In this document: in pieces, positions 7,403-17,053 of the stretch
Layout: each line of letters opens with the position of its first letter
Numbering within the stretch: the first letter of the stretch is position 1
NCBI GenBank assembly: GCA_008501575.1
Contig: QQUO01000294.1
Span: 1-47,034, forward strand
Source of the DNA: Pseudomonadota bacterium
GTDB lineage: Bacteria > Pseudomonadota > Gammaproteobacteria > Xanthomonadales > Marinicellaceae
Length of the DNA: 47,034 nucleotides
Direction of reading: 5' to 3'
Translations under genes and position numbers: made by a program
The notes under the pieces: model-generated
Databases searched by the model: none
Seen by the model: only the letters and a program-made list of their open reading frames with translations
What the model was told of the DNA's origin: nothing

Positions 7403-7605
7403 TTAAACCACCTGACACACATGGCCGGCCGCAGAGTGAGGTTACTCAAGAAGTTATTGTGCATTTTTACAGGCATGGAAAGCTTACCAGACGTGAGCTT
7501 TTAGATTTTGTTGGCGAAGGTCAAAAGACTGACAACGTATTGAGGTACCTTAAAGGCCATGGGTTTATCCGCAATGTTCGCCGTGGCGTGTGGGAGTTAG
7601 CATGA
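7399..7605 (+). CDS. Small putative winged-helix protein
   Basis: ATGA coupling; LTRRELL...VLRYLKGHGFIRNVRRGVWEL. Confidence 0.6.
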   Translation: MIKPPDTHGRPQSEVTQEVIVHFYRHGKLTRRELLDFVGEGQKTDNVLRYLKGHGFIRNVRRGVWELA

Positions 7606-7608
7606 ACC

Positions 7609-7797
7609 ATGGGCGAGCGTATCAATATGGGCGTTATCCAAGGTGCTGTAACACCGATGACCAAGTCGGAGTTAATCGAATATGTCGGCACTATGGATTT
7701 AACCGACGTGCAAAAGCAGCGGGTCTGGAATCACTGGGTAACTGTTCAGAAAATCAGGATGGCCATGGTAGCCAGGGAGCGTTCGGGTGATTCGTAG
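7609..7797 (+). CDS. Phage hypothetical protein
   Basis: Fills the operon gap. The alternative frame 7602..7790 cannot be excluded. Confidence 0.45.
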   Translation: MGERINMGVIQGAVTPMTKSELIEYVGTMDLTDVQKQRVWNHWVTVQKIRMAMVARERSGDS

Positions 7798-8311
7798 AAC
7801 TTTTATAATTGAAACAGTTAACGATCATCGGCAAGCCGTTAATGCTGTAGACGAATGCTACAAACTGGCTTCCATTGAGCAAAGCCCGCATTTGTTGGAG
7901 ATAAAGCCTTTTGAGGGTGACCGGTCGCTGGCTCAGAATCGATTGCAGTTTCACTGGTTTAATCAGTTAGAGCGTCAGTCGTTTTCGCTTGAACCAGGCA
8001 AGGCAGCCGAATCTATCGGTGGATGGACAATCGATATGATCAGGGCTTATTGTAAGTTTGAGTTCGGGGTGCCAATTATGTCGGAGGATAGCGAATTCAT
8101 TTACACCTGGTCACTGGCGATGCGTGGCATCCATGAACGAGAAGATAAGCTGTTAATCGCTAAGGAATGGCCGGTCACCAGTCTGATGAATACTGAGCAA
8201 TTCACTCGGTACCTGAACAACATCTATTATCACTTTACACCGCAAGGTGCGATTCTCACCACTAACAGCGACCTTTATTACGAGGCCATGGGATTACGTC
8301 GTGAACGTTAA
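7787..8311 (+). CDS. NinB/Orf-like recombination protein
   Basis: RSLAQNRL..HW motif and TSLMNTEQF..YL motif; nin-region position. Confidence 0.65.
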   Translation: MIRRTFIIETVNDHRQAVNAVDECYKLASIEQSPHLLEIKPFEGDRSLAQNRLQFHWFNQLERQSFSLEPGKAAESIGGWTIDMIRAYCKFEFGVPIMSEDSEFIYTWSLAMRGIHEREDKLLIAKEWPVTSLMNTEQFTRYLNNIYYHFTPQGAILTTNSDLYYEAMGLRRER

Positions 8312-8564
8312 GCAATACAAAAACAAAGTGGCATCACTGGGGTGTCTTATTTGTCGCCGCCCGCCGGAATTGCACCATCCGCGATTTGTGGCCGGTGCCA
8401 GTCAGCGGGCATCAGACTGGATGGTTATTCCTTTATGCCCTGAACATCACCGGACCGGTGGCCATGGCGTGGCGCTTCATGCAGGGCAAACAACTTTTGA
8501 ACGGATCTATGGCACGGAAGCCGATTTATTAGCACAGACTATTAGTGAGGTAATGCAGTTATGA
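8301..8564 (+). CDS. Ref/DUF968-like HNH-type zinc nuclease
   Basis: VASLGCLIC...ELHH...IPLCPEHHR.G....H.G...FE..YGTE..LL; probable GTG start at 8301. Confidence 0.8.
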   Translation: MNVKQYKNKVASLGCLICRRPPELHHPRFVAGASQRASDWMVIPLCPEHHRTGGHGVALHAGQTTFERIYGTEADLLAQTISEVMQL

Positions 8565-8845
8565 CTATTATAATTTTGTGGGGTTTGGCCGTGGCCGGTT
8601 ACTTCGGTTATCGGATGATGTGTTATCGGGCCCGGTGCCGTCGTGCTGATCAGTTAAAGTCGGCCGGGTACTTATGCGGCAAGGTGCCGTTAACCAACAT
8701 AGACCGGCTTGAACAGTGGGCGGTTAAGTACGCGCCCAAGAAGATAATGGATAGGGGGTTTGAGTTCGACAACTCGAAGATTTATGAACGGTGCCGGCAG
8801 AAACGTTCGGCTAATGTTATTCCGATGAAGGTGGCTAAGCGATGA
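8561..8845 (+). CDS. Hypothetical protein with N-terminal TM segment
   Basis: ATGA coupling at both ends, GAGG RBS. Confidence 0.7.
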   Translation: MTIIILWGLAVAGYFGYRMMCYRARCRRADQLKSAGYLCGKVPLTNIDRLEQWAVKYAPKKIMDRGFEFDNSKIYERCRQKRSANVIPMKVAKR

Positions 8846-9375
8846 ATTTAGAAGAATTAATAACCGGTTTATCCGAGCGGTCTACCAGCTTACATGATTC
8901 ATTCGGTAAGGGCGGCCGTGGCGGTGTATCAACTATAACATTCAAGGACATTATAAAATCATCTGTTGGGTTGCTTGATTCTAAGTTTGACCAGGAATTT
9001 GTTTTATTCGTTTATATTGACCAGGGCGATAAAGAGTTCATTCATAGACAGCTACTAAATATGATTTATTCTGAGGTGCCGGACATGGAAGGTCTTGTGG
9101 CCAAGGTTGACCGGTTAAAGCGGACGTCTAACTATCCTGCGTTTTTTAAAGGAACCCGGGCCCTTGATGATATGCTTCGAGCGTGTGCATATTTAGCTGT
9201 CGATTCAGCTGTACAGAAACGCCGGTTTAGTAGTCGTGATGCGGCGGCACGGATAGGATGCAGTAAAGACACTTACATCACACACTACCGCGATGCTGTG
9301 ATGACAATCGCACAGAACCTATCAGATAGATTGGTCAATGCAGAGCGTAAGATTCGGGCGGTGGTTTATGATTAA
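8842..9375 (+). CDS. Probable late antiterminator Q-like protein
   Basis: C-terminal HTH-like segment (SSRDAAARIGCSKDTY); end of the early operon, upstream of a pR'/tR' unit. Confidence 0.62.
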   Translation: MNLEELITGLSERSTSLHDSFGKGGRGGVSTITFKDIIKSSVGLLDSKFDQEFVLFVYIDQGDKEFIHRQLLNMIYSEVPDMEGLVAKVDRLKRTSNYPAFFKGTRALDDMLRACAYLAVDSAVQKRRFSSRDAAARIGCSKDTYITHYRDAVMTIAQNLSDRLVNAERKIRAVVYD

Positions 9376-9583
9376 GTTGTTCTTAAAATACGCAGGATTT
9401 ATTCTGTTTGTTTCTGGAATATTGATATCAATTCACATTTTCTACTTAATAACGATAAATAACCAGCTGAACATCTACAACGCATACTTTGTATTTTATG
9501 CAGAGAAAAGTTTTATATCTGTATTGTTACAGGTGGTTGGTGTTTTTATGATGATTAACGGCTTTGACGAAGGTGACTTATGA
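9368..9583 (+). CDS. Small two-TM membrane protein
   Basis: Two hydrophobic segments, AT-rich, coupled to the next gene. Confidence 0.6.
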   Translation: MIKLFLKYAGFILFVSGILISIHIFYLITINNQLNIYNAYFVFYAEKSFISVLLQVVGVFMMINGFDEGDL

Positions 9584-9819
9584 GTGACAAAATTCTTACA
9601 AGAAAAGAAAAAATAAAAAGCATTATTGGTTTTGTTAATGAGATTGAGAAATACGAGAGTTTGGGGATGGCATCTGATGATATGATTGATTATATCTATG
9701 ATGCGTTGCAGTCGGCATCTTATGAGTTTTGTATATCTCTATTTATGAATTTTTTTAGCATGAGCCGTGAAGATGCAATGATTGGCATTAAGGATGCTGC
9801 TGAAAATATTAATCAATAA
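9580..9819 (+). CDS. Hypothetical protein
   Basis: 79-aa ORF, ATGA coupling, AAGGTG RBS. Confidence 0.65.
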   Translation: MSDKILTRKEKIKSIIGFVNEIEKYESLGMASDDMIDYIYDALQSASYEFCISLFMNFFSMSREDAMIGIKDAAENINQ

Positions 9820-9854
9820 TAAGTAGGGTTGTGGTTGAAGCAAGCGTTAAAAAT

Positions 9855-9883
9855 TTGCATTTAGACAGTTTTTAGGGTATATT
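9855..9883 (+). promoter_or_regulatory. Late promoter pR'-like
   Basis: TTGCAT-17-TATATT upstream of a short hairpin leader and terminator. Confidence 0.65.
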
Positions 9884-9939
9884 TCCCATTGTGCGGTGTT
9901 GTGGATGAATCACAATTAACCGCGAATCCAAACAGATAT

Positions 9940-9975
9940 AAAGCCTGACGGTCACCAAACCGCCGGGCTTTTTTT
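9940..9975 (+). terminator. tR'-like intrinsic terminator
   Basis: AAAGCCTGACGGT...ACCGCCGGGCTTTTTTT hairpin with U-tract, before the late genes. Confidence 0.8.
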
Positions 9976-9989
9976 ATGCCTGAATCACA

Positions 9990-10358
9990 ATGCCATCAAA
10001 GCCAAAGACTCACAGAATCAGTAAAGGTAAATCCCATAAGGATGAACTGCGCCGTAAACGTGACATCAAGCAGGCAAAGATAAGGCAAAGCAAACGGATG
10101 TACAACACCGGATCAAAGGCATGGCAATCAATCAGAAACAGTCAGCTGTCACAGTATCCATTATGTGCTGATTGTTTGGACAAAGGACTTACCAGGTCAG
10201 CTAATGTTGTCGATCACATCGATGGTAACAGCTGGAATAATGACCCGAGTAACCTGCAATCCTTATGCAGTACCTGTCACAACAGGAAAACAGCACTGTA
10301 TGACGGTGGTTTCGGCCGTAAAACAAGTAAAACACACACAGATACACGTAACAAATGA
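9990..10358 (+). CDS. Packaging-associated HNH endonuclease (HK97 gp74-like)
   Basis: PLCADC...VVDHID...NLQSLCSTCHNRKT; directly upstream of terS. Confidence 0.92.
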   Translation: MPSKPKTHRISKGKSHKDELRRKRDIKQAKIRQSKRMYNTGSKAWQSIRNSQLSQYPLCADCLDKGLTRSANVVDHIDGNSWNNDPSNLQSLCSTCHNRKTALYDGGFGRKTSKTHTDTRNK

Positions 10359-10465
10359 CACCGGGGGGGGTGGGTTAAATCATAAATAGGTTTAACCATA
10401 GTTCGTTTGCCCAAGGGATTTTTTTATTTCCACAAATAAAACATTTCAATTATTTTAAATGCGCA
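10359..10465. other. Probable cos region
   Basis: Non-coding gap between HNH and terS with a G-run (CCGGGGGGGGTGGG), typical of HK97-like cos phages. The exact cut site cannot be determined. Confidence 0.45.
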
Positions 10466-10843
10466 ATGGCCAAGAAAAAACCAACAGCGATTTTAGAGCT
10501 GAATAATGCTTTTAAAAAAAATCCGGACCGCGCACGCCCAAACGAACCTAAAACAGAATTATTAGGAAAGCCGCCAACTTACTTTAAGGCGAAGCAAAAG
10601 AAAATCTGGAATGAAATAAAATCAAATTGTGCTGAAGGCGTATTGCAGCAGTCAGATGCTTTGGCTGTTGAGGCTCTTGTTCATTTGCTGGAAGAGTTCA
10701 GAGATTGCCCTCGAGTTTTTCAGGCTTCAAAAATGACACAAATGCAGGGGATTCTTAAACAGCTTGGCATGACGCCATGTGCCAGGGCTTCGGTGGTGGT
10801 ACCAAAAAAAGAGGATAAAAAGTCCAAGTTTAAGGATATGTAA
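10466..10843 (+). CDS. terS: Terminase small subunit (P27-like)
   Basis: KPTA..EL....KNP.R...EP, PP.Y......W and LGMTP.ARA motifs. Confidence 0.88.
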   Translation: MAKKKPTAILELNNAFKKNPDRARPNEPKTELLGKPPTYFKAKQKKIWNEIKSNCAEGVLQQSDALAVEALVHLLEEFRDCPRVFQASKMTQMQGILKQLGMTPCARASVVVPKKEDKKSKFKDM

Positions 10844-10845
10844 CC

Positions 10846-12564
10846 TTGGCGCGTAAAAAGTTATCATCGTACTTCAAGGACACGGAGTACGAGCACTGTT
10901 ATCGTGCGACAAAATATGCTGAGGACGTTGTATCGAAAAAGATACCGGCCGGTAAATATACAATTCTGGCATGCAAACGTCAGCTTGATGATCTAAGGAA
11001 TCAAACAAAATATTCATTTGACCCGAGAAAGGCTGAAAGGATTTGTCGGTTTATTGAATCAATGCCACACACCAAAGGCGAATGGGCGGCCAAAGGCGAA
11101 ACGGTCAAATTAGAACCATGGCAATCGTTTACCCTAACTTGCATCTTTGGCTGGGTTGATGAAAAAGGAATCAGGCGATTTACCGATGTTTACGAGGAAA
11201 TACCGCGCAAAAACGGAAAGTCCATTAAAGCCGCCGGTGTAGGTAACTACATGCTTGCTATGGACGGCGAACACGGCGCTGAAGTTTATTCTGGTGCTAC
11301 ATCAGAAAAGCAAGCTTGGGAAGTCTTTAGACCAGCAAAGATCATGACTGAAAAAAGCCCGGATTTTAAAGAAGAGTTCGGTATTCAGATAAACGCAAAA
11401 TCAATGGTAATCCCATGGAACGGGTCAAAGTTCGAGCCGGTTATCGGTAAGCCTGGCGATGGTGCCAGTCCGAGCTGTTGGATTCTTGATGAGTATCACG
11501 AAGCACCGGACTCAAGTCAGCGAGATACGGCCAAAACTGGCATGGGTGCAAGAAAGCAGCCATTATTGTTTATCATCACAACCGCTGGATTTGATCAGTA
11601 CAGCGCCTGTTATGACGCAAGGATTGAATTAACCAAAGTGCTTGAGGGGACGGTGGTCAATGACCGTATGTTTGGCATCATTTATCATTTTGATGAAAAA
11701 GACGATTGGTCAGACCCGAAAGTATTAGCCAAAGCGAACCCAAATATGGGGGTTAGTGTCAGTGAACAGTTCTTACTTGATCAACAACAGGACGCTATCA
11801 ACAACCCGGCCAAACAAAACGCATTTAGAACAAAGCACGGTAACCAATGGGTAGGTGCAAAAACAGCCTACTTCAATATGGAACGCTGGCAGAAATGCGG
11901 TGACGATAAACTAACCATTGACCAGGTCATTGATAAGCAGGCGCATTTAGGTGCCGACTTATCAAGCCATGTTGACTTTACATCGATTATCCACCTGTTT
12001 ACCGAAGTAATTGACGGAAAACGCCATTATTGGGTGTTTACCGAAAACTACCTGCCACAGTCGGCAATTGAAAATGAAAAGACCGGAAACTACCGACTAT
12101 GGCAAGAACAAGGATACATAAACGTTGCTGATGGTGAAGAAATCGACTTCCAGAAAGTCGAAGATGACATCACCGAAGCATGGGATAAATACCCGAACAT
12201 TCAGGACGTGGCCTATGACAAACACAAGGCCCAACAGTTAAGCCAAAGGCTCCGAGATACCGGCGTTGAGATGATTGAGTACCCACAGCAAGTGCTCACC
12301 ATGTCGCCGGCGATGAAAGAACTTGAATCAGCTATAAACAGCGGTCGACTACATCACAACAATGACCCGGTGTTAACTTGGATGATGTCAAACGTCATAG
12401 CCAAAGAAGACCGTAAAGGAAACGTTTACCCTAACAAAGAACGCAAAGAAAACAAAATCGATGGCGCAGTATCGCTGATTATGGCCATCGGCAGGGCATC
12501 GTTTAATGATGATGACGATGATACCGAAGATTTTAACGCATTTACGAAAAACCCGATTGTATGA
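10846..12564 (+). CDS. terL: Terminase large subunit
   Basis: LEPWQ, IPRKNGKS (Walker A), ILDEYH (Walker B), ITTAG, KIDGAVSLIMA. Confidence 0.97.
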   Translation: MARKKLSSYFKDTEYEHCYRATKYAEDVVSKKIPAGKYTILACKRQLDDLRNQTKYSFDPRKAERICRFIESMPHTKGEWAAKGETVKLEPWQSFTLTCIFGWVDEKGIRRFTDVYEEIPRKNGKSIKAAGVGNYMLAMDGEHGAEVYSGATSEKQAWEVFRPAKIMTEKSPDFKEEFGIQINAKSMVIPWNGSKFEPVIGKPGDGASPSCWILDEYHEAPDSSQRDTAKTGMGARKQPLLFIITTAGFDQYSACYDARIELTKVLEGTVVNDRMFGIIYHFDEKDDWSDPKVLAKANPNMGVSVSEQFLLDQQQDAINNPAKQNAFRTKHGNQWVGAKTAYFNMERWQKCGDDKLTIDQVIDKQAHLGADLSSHVDFTSIIHLFTEVIDGKRHYWVFTENYLPQSAIENEKTGNYRLWQEQGYINVADGEEIDFQKVEDDITEAWDKYPNIQDVAYDKHKAQQLSQRLRDTGVEMIEYPQQVLTMSPAMKELESAINSGRLHHNNDPVLTWMMSNVIAKEDRKGNVYPNKERKENKIDGAVSLIMAIGRASFNDDDDDTEDFNAFTKNPIV

Positions 12565-13763
12565 AATTAAATCCTTTTACCTGGTTCAAAAAAAGCAATG
12601 AATTGACATTGCGAGACCCTGAACTATACAAAATATCGGGCGGATATGATTCATACACGCATAAAATAATTACTGCTGATACTTTGCTTTATGCGTCTGC
12701 CATGTGGTCGGGTATAAGGCTTATATCTGAGACCATTGGCACTTTGCCACTTAATCTGTATAAACGTACTGAAAACGGGCGAATTAAAGACCGTGATAAC
12801 CCGCTTTTTTATCGCTTTGCGACAATGCCGAACAAGTACGAAAGCGACATTGAGTGGAAAGAACAAATAGCTATGAGCATGGTCATATATGGTACCGGCT
12901 ACTCGACTAAGCAAATGTTTGGTAATCGTGGGATATTTGAGTATATCTTTAACGATAATTTGGAATTAAAAACCGATGAAGATGAGCCCTACTACATAAA
13001 GTATAAAAAAACAGGTCAAAAGCGGCTTGAATTTGATGAAGTTATCCGCGTTAAGGGTTTTGGCGGACTTGGAAGCCTTGAGGGCTCACGCTTACAGAAA
13101 TACAGTAAACACGCCGTTGCTTTAGCATTGGCCGCTGATGAATATGGTGGCCGATTCTTTGGTCAGGGTGGTAGGCCGTCTGGTGTACTTCAGATTGATC
13201 GTATATTGACACCAGAACAGCGCAAGGATTTGAGAGAAGCATATGAACCACTTCTTAATCCGTCAATGGAGCGCCAAGGCCGTCTTGCAATCACAGAAGC
13301 TGGCATGAAATATTCACAAGTCAGCGGTAAAAATAACGAAAGCCAGTTTATTGAGACCCGGAAGTATCAGACGGCCGAAGCCGCCCGATTCCTGCGTATC
13401 CCGCTATGGATGATGATGGAACCAGACGGCTCTAAATTTAACAATAATGAGCAAGGAAACCAGCATTTTCTACAATTCACCTTGCGACCCTATTTAGTCA
13501 GAATTGAAAAGGCACTCAATACTCAGGTATTAAGTCGAGCGATGCAAAGCACCCATTATTTTGAGTTTGATACCGCGCCATTGTTACGACCTGACACTCA
13601 AACCAGATTTGATGTATATGGCAAGGCCAGAACCGCGGCCATTTTGACAACAAACGAAATCAGAGCGATGGAAAACAAACCGCCGATTAAAGGTGGTGAT
13701 GAGATTTACGCGCCACTGAATTCAAACTCAACTACACCCACAGGTGAACAAAATGAGAATTAA
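12561..13763 (+). CDS. HK97-family portal protein
   Basis: I..ISETIGTLPL, FF.QGGRPSGVL, QF.ETRK......AR..R.P and T.NE.R..EN.PP..GGD motifs. Confidence 0.95.
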   Translation: MKLNPFTWFKKSNELTLRDPELYKISGGYDSYTHKIITADTLLYASAMWSGIRLISETIGTLPLNLYKRTENGRIKDRDNPLFYRFATMPNKYESDIEWKEQIAMSMVIYGTGYSTKQMFGNRGIFEYIFNDNLELKTDEDEPYYIKYKKTGQKRLEFDEVIRVKGFGGLGSLEGSRLQKYSKHAVALALAADEYGGRFFGQGGRPSGVLQIDRILTPEQRKDLREAYEPLLNPSMERQGRLAITEAGMKYSQVSGKNNESQFIETRKYQTAEAARFLRIPLWMMMEPDGSKFNNNEQGNQHFLQFTLRPYLVRIEKALNTQVLSRAMQSTHYFEFDTAPLLRPDTQTRFDVYGKARTAAILTTNEIRAMENKPPIKGGDEIYAPLNSNSTTPTGEQNEN

Positions 13764-14415
13764 TGCCCCATTTGAACTAAAAGATGCCGACAATAAAGGT
13801 AAATTCTTTGGTTATGTATCTGTCTTTGACAATGTTGACCTTGGAAACGATGTTATTGAACAAGGTGCATTCAAAAAGTTTAAGACTACTAAAGATGGAT
13901 ATGTCCGAATGCTTTTTAATCACAACATGGATTTGCTTGCTGGTAAAGCCAAAATCACTCAAGACGAAAAAGGATTGCACGTCGATGGTCAGCTTAATTT
14001 AAAAGTTGGCTATGTTCGGGATAAATACGAATTTATGAAAGACGGAACGCTTGATGGGATGTCAGTCGGCTTTGATATTTTGCCCGGTGGTTCCGAATGG
14101 ATTGAAAAGGACGATGAATATATCCGCATCATTAAAGCCGCCGAACTATGGGAGGGTTCTATTGTTCCGTTTGGAATGAACCCGGAAGCCACCATCGAAA
14201 CGGTCAAAACATACAATTTACAAGACATTCGAGAACTTGAGCATATAGCCAAGAAAAACGGATGTTCTAAATCTGAAGCGGTGGCCATAGCGTCACTATT
14301 CAAAAAACACTTGAGTGATTCAGGTGCATTTAACCCTCATGGTGATCATGGGGTACCTGATAACGCGATGTTATCAGACCTTAAATCATTTATTAATCAA
14401 CACATGAGGAATTAA
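13753..14415 (+). CDS. HK97-family prohead protease
   Basis: F.GY.SVF.NVD...DVI..GAF, MLFNH, GMSVGF, L.E.S.V.F..N..A. Confidence 0.95.
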   Translation: MRINAPFELKDADNKGKFFGYVSVFDNVDLGNDVIEQGAFKKFKTTKDGYVRMLFNHNMDLLAGKAKITQDEKGLHVDGQLNLKVGYVRDKYEFMKDGTLDGMSVGFDILPGGSEWIEKDDEYIRIIKAAELWEGSIVPFGMNPEATIETVKTYNLQDIRELEHIAKKNGCSKSEAVAIASLFKKHLSDSGAFNPHGDHGVPDNAMLSDLKSFINQHMRN

Positions 14416-14417
14416 TT

Positions 14418-15638
14418 ATGTCAGACGGTATTCAAGAAATTAAAGACGCCCTTTCTCAGGGCTTAAAAGACATCAAAGAGAAACAAGGCTCTTTGGAAGT
14501 TAAATACAAAGAGATTGACGACCACGTTAAAACCATCGAATCTGAAATCGAATCTAAAGGCAAAGAATCAGAAGATGCCAAAGGCCATTTTCAGAAATTG
14601 GTAGCCCAGGTTTCAGAGGTTGAAAAATCTTTGGATGACTTAATCGAAAAACACAGCACCCGCGATAAAGCGGCCAGCGTGTCTAAATCAATCGGTCAAT
14701 TCGCCGCTGAATGTGAGAAGTTAAGCGAATATTCAGGCGGTAATATGACCTTGACTAAGCAGAATATGTCTTTATTTAAGAAAGACATCACAAATGCTTC
14801 AGGTTCTGGCGCTGATTTGATTGTTCCGGATTACCGACCAACGGTTGACGGAAAAAGACTTCCTGTCTCGATTCGCGACCTTTTGACTGTTGTTAGCACA
14901 AGTTCAGAAACCATTGTATTTGCACGAGAAAGTTCATTTACGAACAATGCCGGTCCACAAGGTACTGGTTCAAATGCTGGCGTTCAAGGACAACCAAAAC
15001 CTAAGTCAGACATGACATGGGAAAAAGTGACCGTACCTGTCGAGCTAATATCTCATTGGTTTGCCGCTTCACGTCAGATTTTGAATGATGTCAATGGTTT
15101 GCGTGACAAAATCAACACGACAGGTTTATACGGCGTCCGATTTAAAGAAGATGCGCAATTGCTTAAAGGTGATGGCACTTCTGGAAACCTGTCGGGCTTG
15201 ATTACCAATGCCACCGCATATGATACTGGTTTGAATGTTTCCGGCGATACTTCAATTGATAAAATCCGCCGTGCAATTTATCAAGCCGGATTATCAGGCA
15301 TGCCGGCGACCGGTGTTGTGTTAAATCCTGAAGATTGGATGAACATCGAGCTGACCAAAACAGACGACAATGCATATTTGTTTGCTAACCCAATGAATCA
15401 GACTGAAACACGTCTTTGGGGTCGTCGAGTAGTTGAATCTTATAATCAAGATTCTGGTGACTTCTTAGTTGGTTCATTTGCATTGGCCGCAACTCTTTAC
15501 GACCGAGAGCAAGCTACTGTCCGAATCTCTGAATCACATGGTGACTTTTTCATTGAAAACATGATTGCCATTTTGATTGAAGAGCGATTGGCGTTAGCTG
15601 TTGAACGTGAAGATGCGTTTATCGAAGGTAGTCTGTAA
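14418..15638 (+). CDS. Major capsid protein (HK97 fold, N-terminal delta domain)
   Basis: Coiled-coil N-terminus; ED.Q.L.GDG.S.NL.G and LWG..VV...EERLAL.V motifs. Confidence 0.96.
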   Translation: MSDGIQEIKDALSQGLKDIKEKQGSLEVKYKEIDDHVKTIESEIESKGKESEDAKGHFQKLVAQVSEVEKSLDDLIEKHSTRDKAASVSKSIGQFAAECEKLSEYSGGNMTLTKQNMSLFKKDITNASGSGADLIVPDYRPTVDGKRLPVSIRDLLTVVSTSSETIVFARESSFTNNAGPQGTGSNAGVQGQPKPKSDMTWEKVTVPVELISHWFAASRQILNDVNGLRDKINTTGLYGVRFKEDAQLLKGDGTSGNLSGLITNATAYDTGLNVSGDTSIDKIRRAIYQAGLSGMPATGVVLNPEDWMNIELTKTDDNAYLFANPMNQTETRLWGRRVVESYNQDSGDFLVGSFALAATLYDREQATVRISESHGDFFIENMIAILIEERLALAVEREDAFIEGSL

Positions 15639-15649
15639 CCTTTAAACCT

Positions 15650-15678
15650 AAAAAGGGGCTTTAATTAGCCCCTTTTTT
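15650..15678 (+). terminator. Intrinsic terminator after the capsid gene
   Basis: AAAAAGGGGCT-ttaatt-AGCCCCTTTTTT. Confidence 0.85.
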
Positions 15679-15691
15679 ATTGGAGTTAATT

Positions 15692-15880
15692 ATGAAAGCA
15701 AATAAACCATTTATTGATTCGCACGGCAATGAAATTAAACGTGGTGACACGCTAAAAGAGTCCGATTACCGAAAAGAGGTGGTCTCAAAATATGAGAAGT
15801 TAGGGCTTGTTACAAAACAGGCAAAAAGCCCTGAAAACAAACAAGCCAAACCAAAATCGAATAAAGGTAAGAAAAAATGA
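15692..15880 (+). CDS. Small basic head-associated protein
   Basis: GGAG RBS with ATG 15692; Lys-rich tail. Confidence 0.75.
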   Translation: MKANKPFIDSHGNEIKRGDTLKESDYRKEVVSKYEKLGLVTKQAKSPENKQAKPKSNKGKKK

Positions 15881-16035
15881 AAGCACTAAAACGATTTAGC
15901 GTGGGTAAATTCCACGCTCGTGTAGGCGACCCTATTAACCAAAGCGATTTGCCTAAATCAGTGATTCGACGCCTGATTAAATCAGGGCATATAACCGCGC
16001 CTGAAAAGAAAGAAGAGCCAAAATCTAAAAAATGA
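15877..16035 (+). CDS. Small basic protein, 52 aa (absent from the ORF track)
   Basis: MKALKRFSVGKFHARVGDPINQSDLPKSVIRRLIKSGHITAPEKKEEPKSKK; ATGA overlaps at both ends. Confidence 0.75.
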   Translation: MKALKRFSVGKFHARVGDPINQSDLPKSVIRRLIKSGHITAPEKKEEPKSKK

Positions 16036-16574
16036 ACGTCATTGAGCGCCTGGGCGACCAGATAGTCACATTAGCCGAAGCAAAGGCAAACAGCCGTGTC
16101 ACATCGACTGCTGAAGATACTTTGTTTCAGCATTGGATTGATGTTGCGCACGACGATGTTGAAGGTGATGCAGGATTAGTCTTACAGCGCGCCAAATGCA
16201 CTCAGGTTGATCGCGAGTGTGAGTATATCGACCTATCGGCCCCGGTACGCGGAATTGTTAGCGTAAAAGACGGCTCAGGTGATGATGTTGATTATGAGAT
16301 AGTAGAGACATCGAAATATGGCGCAAGATTGACATTCACAAAGCAATCACAAGTCAAAGTGACCTATATTGCCGGCTTTGGCGAATATATAGTCACTGGA
16401 GCCGAAACAGCGGTTAATGAGGGTGATATTGCGCCTTATCCACTTGCTAAAGCGGCCGTATTGGTCCTGACAAATCATTATTACGAAAACAGGGGTGTCG
16501 TGACTGACTTTAGCACTTACCCGGTGCCGGTCGGGTTTGACCGCATTATTCAATTGATAACCAAGTACAGATAA
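16032..16574 (+). CDS. Head-tail connector (gp6-like adaptor)
   Basis: VTLAEAK...RV....ED, V.Y.AGFG and AVL.L..HYYENR motifs. Confidence 0.9.
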   Translation: MNVIERLGDQIVTLAEAKANSRVTSTAEDTLFQHWIDVAHDDVEGDAGLVLQRAKCTQVDRECEYIDLSAPVRGIVSVKDGSGDDVDYEIVETSKYGARLTFTKQSQVKVTYIAGFGEYIVTGAETAVNEGDIAPYPLAKAAVLVLTNHYYENRGVVTDFSTYPVPVGFDRIIQLITKYR

Positions 16575-17053
16575 TGCACGTTACAGCCTTTGAGAACGCG
16601 AAAAAGTTCGCTCATAAGTACAACGCCACGGATAAAAAGGTTCTGGACGTCGGTTCATACGACGTAAATGGAACCCTAAAACCATTATTCCGTGACTATA
16701 CCGGCATGGACATCGAAAAGGGCCCTAACGTGGATGTGGTGGCTAAATTAGGTCAGCCATTTCCGTTTGATGACCAGTCGGTCGATGTGATTGTGTCATC
16801 ATCATGCCTTGAGCATGACCCGTCATTCTGGGTCACTGTAAAAGAAATGATGCGCGTGGCCGGTGAACTGATTTACATAAACGTGCCATCAGCGCAGTTT
16901 TACCACGCTTATCCGATTGACTGCTGGCGGTTTTTGGCTGATTCGATGGCCGCACTGGCTGAATTATCTGATGATTGGGAATTGGTCGAAACATACATCG
17001 ACGACCGAGATCCTTGGTGCGATTGCGTAGGGATTTTTAAGCGTGTCAAATAA
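16574..17053 (+). CDS. Class I SAM-dependent methyltransferase (small-molecule/glycan type)
   Basis: VLDVGS.DVNG, G.D...GPNVD.V, PF.D.S.D..VSSS.LEH, YH.YP.DCWRF. Confidence 0.88.
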   Translation: MHVTAFENAKKFAHKYNATDKKVLDVGSYDVNGTLKPLFRDYTGMDIEKGPNVDVVAKLGQPFPFDDQSVDVIVSSSCLEHDPSFWVTVKEMMRVAGELIYINVPSAQFYHAYPIDCWRFLADSMAALAELSDDWELVETYIDDRDPWCDCVGIFKRVK

